DNA of 28,076 nt from an uncultured archaeon (GTDB lineage Archaea > Asgardarchaeota > Heimdallarchaeia > Heimdallarchaeales > Kariarchaeaceae): assembly GCA_964645535.1 (NCBI GenBank), contig CAZYCQ010000045.1, forward strand, positions 1 to 28,076. The letters run 5' to 3'. Shown in pieces: positions 1 to 7,539 of the stretch. The translations under genes and the position numbers were made by a program. The notes beneath the pieces are model-generated. The model did no database searches, was not told where the DNA came from, and saw only the letters and a list, made by a program, of their open reading frames with translations. The stretch's first letter is position 1, and each line of letters starts with the position of its first letter.

Positions 1-349
1 ACACTGTTCTGATATCTTCTTGTCCAGAAAGAATTGAAATATACATATATGGATAATTGGACTTAAGATAATCAATTGTCTCAAAACTGGTTTCTCCATG
101 AAGGTAGTAGTCTAAAAGCAAAATATGCGGCTTGAAATTCTCTATTTTCTTGTATAGGTCTCTTAATGATTTTTGATGGTCAATTTCAAATAACCCTTTG
201 AAATATTTTTCTAATATCACTTTTAGAATATAGAAATCTGTAGGGTCATCTTCCACGCTTAAAATGCGGTAAGGCCCTTCGCTTAAATCCTCTTCGGGTG
301 AAGGGCGAAGCGGTTGAAATGCCATATACTTCTTTACCATCTTTTTCAT
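1..349 (-). CDS. Response regulator receiver (REC) protein, 3' end runs off the window
   Basis: Not in the ORF track. Manual translation gives MKKMVKKYMAFQPLRPSPEEDLSEGPYRILSVEDDPTDFYILK...PHILLLDYYLHG...ISILSGQED, with the REC motifs ILxVEDD, LLD (phosphoacceptor Asp) and xxLSG. In-frame ATGs at 349, 340 and 325. Confidence 0.85.
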   Translation of the reverse strand, partial: MKKMVKKYMAFQPLRPSPEEDLSEGPYRILSVEDDPTDFYILKVILEKYFKGLFEIDHQKSLRDLYKKIENFKPHILLLDYYLHGETSFETIDYLKSNYPYMYISILSGQEDIRTV

Positions 350-376
350 TATTAAAAAATTTGACTCTTGTTAACC

Positions 377-709
377 TCAAATTAATTGACCCAATTCAAG
401 AACTAAGGATCGAAGTTCATCAAGCAATTTCTTTTCATCCTCTGAAATAATTCCATCACTTAAAGCAACTTTTTCACAATTTGCAACTAACTCCCTCTCC
501 ATCCTCTCAAGTAAGGCTTTGTCGAATTTTTCATTTCCCAACATTTCCAAGATGGTTTTCAGGTATTTATGAAGGTCATTGTTTATGGTATGTAGAAGAG
601 CCTTTTCCTCCTCATTGACGACCCTGTCAGAGGTGGCAACATCAATTAAACCTTCCATTATTTGCGATGTTACTTCCACCTTTTTCAGTATGAATTCAAA
701 ATTGCTCAT
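377..709 (-). CDS. Small helical protein with two TerB-like motifs
   Basis: Two copies of A-x-x-D-x-x-[VI]-x-x-x-E-x-x-L-L: VATSDRVVNEEEKALL and VALSDGIISEDEKKLL. Confidence 0.6.
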   Translation of the reverse strand: MSNFEFILKKVEVTSQIMEGLIDVATSDRVVNEEEKALLHTINNDLHKYLKTILEMLGNEKFDKALLERMERELVANCEKVALSDGIISEDEKKLLDELRSLVLELGQLI

Positions 710-756
710 ATGATAATTAGGTAGTGATTGCAGATAAAACAGTTTGCCTTCTTGGA

Positions 757-2325
757 CTAATTATTGGTCACGTAGAGTACTGTAGAAACTATTATCGGAT
801 GAAGAAATATCACCCCTTCAATGAAAACCAATGTTCCTGTAAAAAGTCCATTAATAATCAATGAAAAGCCTTGATAGATCAAAATGATCCCCCATGCAGC
901 AAAGATCAATGAATTTCGGAAAAGCTTCACGTCTCTATTCCATTTTGCTTTCCCACTTTCTGGATCCTCAATTTTCAAGAATCCCATAAGACTTGCCGGA
1001 AGAATAAGGACACTTGTTGAAATACCAATCATGGTCATTGGAACAATCAATTTCCAGGAATATGCTTCTCCTTGATCAGATTCTTCTCGGGCATATTGAA
1101 TTGCAAGGCTTAATATGACCAGATACGTAAGCAACCCCAAGAATGGGATGAAAATTTGAGAGGAAATCAGAAAAGTACCAAGTTGAAAGCCATATCTTGG
1201 AGTATCTAAACCTAATAGGGAAATTACCCACACGGCAATTCCATAAATGAATATAAATGGGATAATGAAGGTAATTCCGAGTGTTGAAATCAAATCAATT
1301 CTTTGGGTTAAATTCAATTTTGGATTCCTGAGAAATGCTGGAAAATTAAGCCTCAATGATTGACTCCCCCCCATCGTCCATCTCCATATCTGTGAAATCT
1401 GTTCAGTATAAGATGATGGAACCGAACCCCAAGATCCAATATAGTTAATAAATTGTCCATAGTAGCCACGTAAAATAAGTTGTACCGCAGTTTCAGTATC
1501 CTCTGTTATTGATTTTATGCTGAACCCGCCAATCGATTTAACTACATCTGTCCTGAACATGGCTGTTGAACCAGCAAAAAGGACGGTTTTTCTTCTGTTC
1601 TTCGGTCTCTGAACCACTTCAAAATATTGAAGATAGAGAATCGAGGAGAAAAATCCACTCAAGGATGAAATATTCTTGAATCGTTTTATGGCTTGGACAA
1701 ATGCCAACTTTGGATCTTTTCTACTCTTGAATTCTGCTAGAAGGCGAATAACCAATCCTGTATCTGGTTTTTGGTCGTAATCCAAAACAATGAAGTATTT
1801 TGAATTAATCTTTTCCAGAAGAATATTGAGCATTCCAGCTTTGAAATGCCGTTGTGTTCCGGAATTGTAATAGTTGAACCCAAATTTCTTGCAGAGTAAT
1901 TCAATTTCTGACTTCAAATCGGTAGTCGTGTCATCTCCAATCCATACAATAAGCATTTCTTTTGGATAGTTCAAGTCTCTAATGGCAGTCAATGTCTCAT
2001 TTAATACATTGATATCTGGATTTTTAGTAGGGACTAGGATACTTACTTGTTCAAATTCATCAGATGGTTTGCCTTCAATATTGTCTGTGAGAGGGTAGTA
2101 TTTGTCACTAGTCAAAAAAAAATTGATCAGAAAAATTTGAAAAAGAATTAACCCCTCAATGAGGGCAAAAAAAAATGAAAATGCTTTTTCCCATACGTTT
2201 TCCAACTCAAAAACTTTTACAAGTGCAAAATACATGTGGAAAATTGTCAGGCTGAAAACGCCACCAATCCATATTTTTTGAATTATGTTGACTACAAGCC
2301 TTCTCTTATTCAATTTTGACATCAT
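757..2325 (-). CDS. Processive GT2 glycosyltransferase (cellulose synthase/BcsA-like), no PilZ domain
   Basis: Motifs GDD, HFKAG, DYD (DxD), FAGS, TED and QIWRW (QxxRW); two N-terminal and several C-terminal TM helices. Confidence 0.85.
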   Translation of the reverse strand: MMSKLNKRRLVVNIIQKIWIGGVFSLTIFHMYFALVKVFELENVWEKAFSFFFALIEGLILFQIFLINFFLTSDKYYPLTDNIEGKPSDEFEQVSILVPTKNPDINVLNETLTAIRDLNYPKEMLIVWIGDDTTTDLKSEIELLCKKFGFNYYNSGTQRHFKAGMLNILLEKINSKYFIVLDYDQKPDTGLVIRLLAEFKSRKDPKLAFVQAIKRFKNISSLSGFFSSILYLQYFEVVQRPKNRRKTVLFAGSTAMFRTDVVKSIGGFSIKSITEDTETAVQLILRGYYGQFINYIGSWGSVPSSYTEQISQIWRWTMGGSQSLRLNFPAFLRNPKLNLTQRIDLISTLGITFIIPFIFIYGIAVWVISLLGLDTPRYGFQLGTFLISSQIFIPFLGLLTYLVILSLAIQYAREESDQGEAYSWKLIVPMTMIGISTSVLILPASLMGFLKIEDPESGKAKWNRDVKLFRNSLIFAAWGIILIYQGFSLIINGLFTGTLVFIEGVIFLHPIIVSTVLYVTNN

Positions 2326-2342
2326 CGAATTATGTTTTGCTC

Positions 2343-2350
2343 TATATATA
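2343..2350 (-). promoter_or_regulatory. Putative TATA box for the GT2 gene (probably leaderless mRNA)
   Basis: TATATATA begins 25-28 nt upstream of the tandem ATGs at 2325 and 2322. Confidence 0.4.
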
Positions 2351-2387
2351 CCTACTTTCTTAGTACATGGGAGATGTATCCAAATTC

Positions 2388-3926
2388 TTAGCTCTGATGG
2401 TTTGGGACAGTAAAGTAAAATGTTGATCCAGGTTCTGTTTCATTATTCATTACTGCAATGCTCCCTCCATGCATTTCCACAATCTTCCTTACTATGGATA
2501 AGCCAATCCCAGCACCTTGTACCTTCACGTCCGACCCCCTCTTGAACATTTCAAAAATCGTTTCTCTTTCCTCTTCAATGATGCCCATCCCGTTGTCTCT
2601 GCAGAAAAAGATGATATGATCCTTTTTTTTCTCAGCCCAAATCTTTATTCGCGGCGAAACTTCCTGTCTTGAAAACTTTATTGCATTTTGGATTAAGTTC
2701 TGCCAAACCTGTGTAAACAATTTATAATCTCCGACTATGGATGGAAGAGGTCTTTCAATCTCAATGATTGCTTCCTTTTCCAAAACCATATCTCTCAGAC
2801 TCATTTTCAAAACAAAATCAATTATTTTTTCCATTTCAAATGGTTGGATATGCAGATCAGTTTCATCAAGGCGAGAGAATGCAACAAATGATTCAATCAT
2901 GGAGATCAAATGTTTTGAGGTTTCCACAATTAGTCCTAATTGCTCTTTTTCGTTCTCCCCGATTCCTTTCAATGAATTTTGAAGTAATGTTCCAAAGGTC
3001 ACAATTCTCCTTACAGGTGCTTTCAAATCATGTGACGCGATTGTTACAAATTCATCAAGACGTTTATTGAGTGTTTCAAGTTCTAAATTTACCTTTTCCA
3101 ATTCCTTATTCTTGAACTCAAGCTCTTTCTGTTTCTCTACTGTTTCTGTTAAATCAACAATTATTGCCTGAACTAACATGACTTCTCCATGTTGAAAGAC
3201 TGGTGCAAACAGCCATTGACTGTATATTGGTTTTGGGGTTTCTTTCGAAAGAATGACTGGTGAAACCTTGATTTTCTTGATTCCGTTGGCTTGTATTTCC
3301 GAAGCAATTTTCTTGATTTCCTGATGAACCTCCACATCCATGAATGAAACTCCTAAAACTTCTTCATTCTTGAACCCTAAAACCTCTTCTCCTTTCGGAT
3401 TAATATATCTGAATTTCAAATTAGGATCCAGAAGTAAAATTCCTGTAGGAATATTGTCCAGAATTGCCTGATTGATATAGATAGTCTCTCTGAGATGGGT
3501 TATCTGTTCAGTTTCTAATGAAATGTCTCTTGCAATTCCTAAAATGGCTTTTCTCCCTCGCCAAACAACATCTATTAAAGAAGCATGAAGTGGAATTTCA
3601 TCCCCTTCCTTTGTTTTCGCCCAAAATCTTATCTGTGGTTCTACCTTTTCTCCCTTTAATCTCCGATTGGTTCTTGATTCAATTTCTTCTCTGCTTCTTG
3701 GGGCAATCAATTGCATGAATTCAAACTTATCTGATTGTAATTCGTCTATGGAATAACCTAAAACCTGGCTGAACCTTTCATTAACAAAAACAAATCTAAG
3801 GTTTTCAGGCAAAATTAAGTAAATAAGATCCTCTGATTTATTTAGGATCTGATTTAAAATGAATTCTGCCTCTCCTTCTTCAAAAGAGAAATTGAACTCC
3901 GTGTTCTCACGTATTGAACCTTTCAA
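2388..3926 (-). CDS. Cytoplasmic PAS-PAS sensor histidine kinase
   Basis: Two PAS-like domains (FVFVNERFSQVLGYS; YINPKGEEVLGF), a coiled coil, H-box ASHDLKAP, N-box NLIQNAIKF, G1 DNGMG, G2 GAGIGL. No TM segments. TTG start. Confidence 0.93.
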   Translation of the reverse strand: MKGSIRENTEFNFSFEEGEAEFILNQILNKSEDLIYLILPENLRFVFVNERFSQVLGYSIDELQSDKFEFMQLIAPRSREEIESRTNRRLKGEKVEPQIRFWAKTKEGDEIPLHASLIDVVWRGRKAILGIARDISLETEQITHLRETIYINQAILDNIPTGILLLDPNLKFRYINPKGEEVLGFKNEEVLGVSFMDVEVHQEIKKIASEIQANGIKKIKVSPVILSKETPKPIYSQWLFAPVFQHGEVMLVQAIIVDLTETVEKQKELEFKNKELEKVNLELETLNKRLDEFVTIASHDLKAPVRRIVTFGTLLQNSLKGIGENEKEQLGLIVETSKHLISMIESFVAFSRLDETDLHIQPFEMEKIIDFVLKMSLRDMVLEKEAIIEIERPLPSIVGDYKLFTQVWQNLIQNAIKFSRQEVSPRIKIWAEKKKDHIIFFCRDNGMGIIEEERETIFEMFKRGSDVKVQGAGIGLSIVRKIVEMHGGSIAVMNNETEPGSTFYFTVPNHQS

Positions 3927-4046
3927 AGGTTAATTAATTTTTCATTTTGGCTCTATTTAAGTTTCACTCAATTGTGAAATTGATAAGAATCATTTTCCAC
4001 GTGGTATCGGGTAAACATTTTAGAATGTTTTCCTAAATGGAGCACT

Positions 4047-4697
4047 ATGGTTTACATTAATGGTTATTGGGCAATGGCTTGGTCAATAATCGGTGTGTCA
4101 TTAACCTTGGCGGGAAAATTCATTCCACGCACGAAGACTCCATTTACCTTTGCTATTGCCTACTCTAGTATCTTTTCTGGATTAATGTTTCTTCTATTGC
4201 AAGGCTATGAGAATGGTTTTGGAGAAGATTTTTTGATTTCTGTTACAACATCTCTTCAACCAATTATATTTTTCGGCTTGGCATTCTTATCTCTAAGTTA
4301 CGTGATTGCACTTAGATACTATTACAAAAGAATCTTCAATTCCGACACTTTCAACTCCCAACTTGTTTTTGTTTGGCTAAGTCTGAGTATTCCTGAAGTA
4401 TTTACCAAATTTTCAAATTTGGTTGGCGATATTGGCTTTCCTCTGCTTTTTGGTTATTCCGGATTTTTTCTTCTTTATAACTTGGGTGTGGTCTATTTCA
4501 TCGAAAAATCGCTGCCCAATTCAAAATTGGGTATGTTCGCGGCAGTTCTTAAACTAATTTTTGAAATTTGGTTTGTGGGTGTGCTGGGAAATCGATATGA
4601 TTTGACTCAGGTATTTCCCTATTTGATTTCCCTAGCTTTATTGATACAGGTTCTTGTGTTTCTGCACTACAAAAAAATCAGAGATGCTGAAGGGTGA
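4047..4697 (+). CDS. Hypothetical integral membrane protein (about 7 TM)
   Basis: About seven hydrophobic segments in 216 aa; no recognisable motif. Confidence 0.7.
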   Translation: MVYINGYWAMAWSIIGVSLTLAGKFIPRTKTPFTFAIAYSSIFSGLMFLLLQGYENGFGEDFLISVTTSLQPIIFFGLAFLSLSYVIALRYYYKRIFNSDTFNSQLVFVWLSLSIPEVFTKFSNLVGDIGFPLLFGYSGFFLLYNLGVVYFIEKSLPNSKLGMFAAVLKLIFEIWFVGVLGNRYDLTQVFPYLISLALLIQVLVFLHYKKIRDAEG

Positions 4698-4703
4698 AAC
4701 AAA

Positions 4704-5459
4704 CTGAAAAATCATGAATTACTATTCCTAGGTACAGGAAACGCATTCGGTCATGATGGACGCCGTCACTCTGCCTATGTTGTAACCGCAAGACATGCGG
4801 ATGAAAAGAAAATTCTGTTGATGGATTGTGGACCATCAACCCTGCCAGCTCTTCATGAAAACAAAATAGACCCTGCAATGATCAATTATATTTATCTAAG
4901 CCATCTCCATCCTGACCATTGGCTTGGATTGCCTTTGCTTGTACTAGATAACAAATGGATAACAAAACGTCCCAATCCGATTCCCATTATCTGTCCACCA
5001 GGAACCGAAGAACTAATCAAGAATGCTTGTGGATTACTTTATTCTACTGAAGAAGCTGAAATTGTGTCTGATACCTTTCTTTTCAAGGAAGTTGATGACC
5101 ATTCATCTATTTCCTTGCATCGTGATTTCTCAATCCAAACCATTCCGGCTCTCCATGGTGCCAATGGCAGAATGGCGCTTATTACATACTTTGGAAAAAC
5201 CATTGGCTATTCCGGTGACTCCGCATTTTTTGAACCATCCTTTAGGAAATTAGTACAATGTGAAATTATTTTGCATGAAGCTTCAACTTTCGATCTTCAT
5301 ATTCCCAACCACACCACTGTTCTAGAACTCTTGCAAAATAAGGACTTGATCAAAGGCAGGATGTTTCTTACACATGTCGATTCTTCTGTCACTCAAAAGT
5401 CTCATCTTCTTGAACCTCCAATTTTCCTTGCCGAAGAAAATATGAAAATACAATTCTGA
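4704..5459 (+). CDS. MBL-fold metallohydrolase (RNase Z/ElaC-like)
   Basis: HLHPDH (HxHxDH), DCG, YSGDS, HEAS and THV motifs. The conserved N-terminal LLFLGTGNAF lies in frame upstream of the ORF-track start (4818), so the start is probably CTG at 4704. Confidence 0.85.
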   Translation: MKNHELLFLGTGNAFGHDGRRHSAYVVTARHADEKKILLMDCGPSTLPALHENKIDPAMINYIYLSHLHPDHWLGLPLLVLDNKWITKRPNPIPIICPPGTEELIKNACGLLYSTEEAEIVSDTFLFKEVDDHSSISLHRDFSIQTIPALHGANGRMALITYFGKTIGYSGDSAFFEPSFRKLVQCEIILHEASTFDLHIPNHTTVLELLQNKDLIKGRMFLTHVDSSVTQKSHLLEPPIFLAEENMKIQF

Positions 5460-5515
5460 CAATTAAATTTCGTCATTAATCATAAACCTAAATTAAATGA
5501 TGTCCAAATTTAATT

Positions 5516-6583
5516 GTGGATTTTGATCCATCAATCTACTATTCACGGCATTTTCCCTTAAAATCCATTGGAAAGAAAGGACAAAGCCTGCTTTCAAAAA
5601 GACATGTCCTCATAGCTGGAATTGGGGGTCTTGGAACAAAATCAGCGGATTTGCTTGCTGGATTAGGCGTTGGCAAGATAACGTTGGTTGATTTTGACAT
5701 TGTTGAGATGTCAAATTTACCCCGCCAATCCCTATATACTGTTGATGATTTAGGGAAAGCTAAAGTTGATGTTGCCGCACAAAGACTTAGAAAAAGAAAT
5801 CCGTCGATTGAAGTCATTTCTGTTGCTGCCAAATTAGATGGACTCAATGCTGCTTCATTATTGCAAGATGTTGATGTTGTTGTAGACGGATTGGATCGGT
5901 ATTCTTCTCGTCGCCCCATCCACTTTCATTGCATGAAACAAAAAATTCCTTTTGTTTTTGCTGGAGCCGTTGGAGAAACCGCCAATCTATCTACTTTTAT
6001 TTTTGAAGAAGAAGACCCATGCATGATATGTGCATTTGGTGACATTGATGATAATCCTGAACTGACGTGTGAATTTCAAGGTGTCCATCCTTCAATTCTG
6101 GATATTACAGCTAGTATCCAGGTTTCTGAAGTCGTAAGGTTGCTTACCGAAAAAGAACCCATTCTCAAGAAAAAAATCATGACTATAGATTTGCTGGATC
6201 TAGATTTTGAAAAATTCGAGATAAAGAAAAATCCAAAGTGTCCTGTTTGCACAAAAAACGTCGAAGAAAAAGGAAGGATTGGAGAAAGAAAACGCCATGA
6301 AATCAATCTTTTTGGTCAATCAACCGCAAAAATTACTTCAATCTGCGGCAGGAATACCTATATTGTTGAATCAAAGCTTCTCAAAAATCTTGACTTCAAC
6401 CATATCCGAGAAAATTTCAAAGTTCTGACTTCATCTGAAAATGCCATTTCCTTTGAATTTATGCGATCCCAAATCTCTGCCTTGAAAAGTGGAATCTTGA
6501 CAATCAGAGGACCATCATCCATTGGGCTTGTTGAAAGGATTGTAAGGAAGGTTGCAGGTCTAACTCAATCTTCTGTATCATGA
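5516..6583 (+). CDS. ThiF/MoeB/UbaA-family E1-like adenylyltransferase with a C-terminal extension
   Basis: YSRH, GIGGLG, DFDIVEMSNLPRQ, Zn pairs CMIC and CPVC, putative catalytic Cys in TCEFQG. Confidence 0.9.
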   Translation: MDFDPSIYYSRHFPLKSIGKKGQSLLSKRHVLIAGIGGLGTKSADLLAGLGVGKITLVDFDIVEMSNLPRQSLYTVDDLGKAKVDVAAQRLRKRNPSIEVISVAAKLDGLNAASLLQDVDVVVDGLDRYSSRRPIHFHCMKQKIPFVFAGAVGETANLSTFIFEEEDPCMICAFGDIDDNPELTCEFQGVHPSILDITASIQVSEVVRLLTEKEPILKKKIMTIDLLDLDFEKFEIKKNPKCPVCTKNVEEKGRIGERKRHEINLFGQSTAKITSICGRNTYIVESKLLKNLDFNHIRENFKVLTSSENAISFEFMRSQISALKSGILTIRGPSSIGLVERIVRKVAGLTQSSVS

Positions 6584-6631
6584 GAAAATTAATGATATCG
6601 AATTCGAAAATTTAAAAAGTTTTAAGAAGAG

Positions 6632-6871
6632 GTGATTCTCGAAAGAATCGTGGCAGAACCATACACTCCAATAATAGCAGGTAAGTTTTTGGTAGCATCC
6701 ATCTGGATTATGTCCATAATAGCAGTGGCTTCGCTGGTGCTGTTCTCACTATATACATTTACATCAAAAGAGAAATCAAGAAAAGGAATTGCAGTCCTCT
6801 TGCTTCTTTCAGCCCTTACAATTGCAATTGACCTTCAGCTGATTCTATATCAAAATGGTGTAACTTACTAA
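6632..6871 (+). CDS. Small 2-TM membrane protein, hypothetical
   Basis: Two hydrophobic helices joined by a basic loop (KEKSRK); fills an otherwise empty gap. Confidence 0.6.
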   Translation: MILERIVAEPYTPIIAGKFLVASIWIMSIIAVASLVLFSLYTFTSKEKSRKGIAVLLLLSALTIAIDLQLILYQNGVTY

Positions 6872-7501
6872 AAGTCCCCTCGCCGCCATGGCAATTTGGA
6901 TGTTCAATACAAAATGCCCTAACATGAGACCATAAAGGTTTCGTGTTTTTAAGGCAACCAAATCCCCTCCTATGCCTAGGATAAGAGTCAATGCTATTGC
7001 TCCCCACAATCCCATATAATATTGGAGAAGTTGAACCTCATAGATATGGATCGTAAACCACGACATGTTTTGAATGATGATCCCCCACCTTTTTCCATAA
7101 TGATCTGAAAATTGCATCAAGATAAACCCCCGTGTCCAGAAATCTGTCAAAGACGCCATTATTCCGATTAAAACAAGGTTTATGACAACTTCTTCCGATG
7201 TAAATGCCAACCATCCATTGAAAAAAATTTTTTTAGCCAAGAACACAATGGCGGCAATTTGATAGATCATTAATCCTCCAAACAAAGATATCCCGAAATT
7301 TCCCTTTGATTTTGGCAGACATAGTCCCAAATCACATGGACTTCCCCCATATTTTCTTGAAAACCAAATGGGAATTGCTCCATAGATGACCCCCATACGA
7401 ATTGTCCTAAGGACATTATAGATGGTTGGGGAAACTATATATTTCTCTTGAACCGTGAACAGGACACCTGATGCAACCATGGAACCAAATATCAGCAACA
7501 A
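6845..7501 (-). CDS. CPBP/Abi (type II CAAX protease-like) intramembrane protein
   Basis: Multi-TM; LTDFWTRG (variant of EExxxR), FTIH (FxxxH-like), GHFVLN (HxxxN). Start uncertain. Confidence 0.7.
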   Translation of the reverse strand: MLLIFGSMVASGVLFTVQEKYIVSPTIYNVLRTIRMGVIYGAIPIWFSRKYGGSPCDLGLCLPKSKGNFGISLFGGLMIYQIAAIVFLAKKIFFNGWLAFTSEEVVINLVLIGIMASLTDFWTRGFILMQFSDHYGKRWGIIIQNMSWFTIHIYEVQLLQYYMGLWGAIALTLILGIGGDLVALKTRNLYGLMLGHFVLNIQIAMAARGLLVSYTILI

Positions 7502-7539
7502 AATTCGTATAAGCCAGTTGCTTTCTTCACTATGTCCTT

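Noticed and set aside
274-306. Inverted repeat GCCCTTC...GAAGGGC
   Set aside because: Short, inside the response regulator CDS, and without a U-tract.
4047-4697. 7TM protein as a microbial rhodopsin or heliorhodopsin
   Set aside because: No retinal-binding Lys within the last helix and no helix C motif.
4695-4697. Selenocysteine or readthrough at the TGA joining the 7TM and MBL ORFs in frame
   Set aside because: The position is a linker rather than a catalytic site, I see no SECIS-like element, and SD plus CTG explains the layout more simply.
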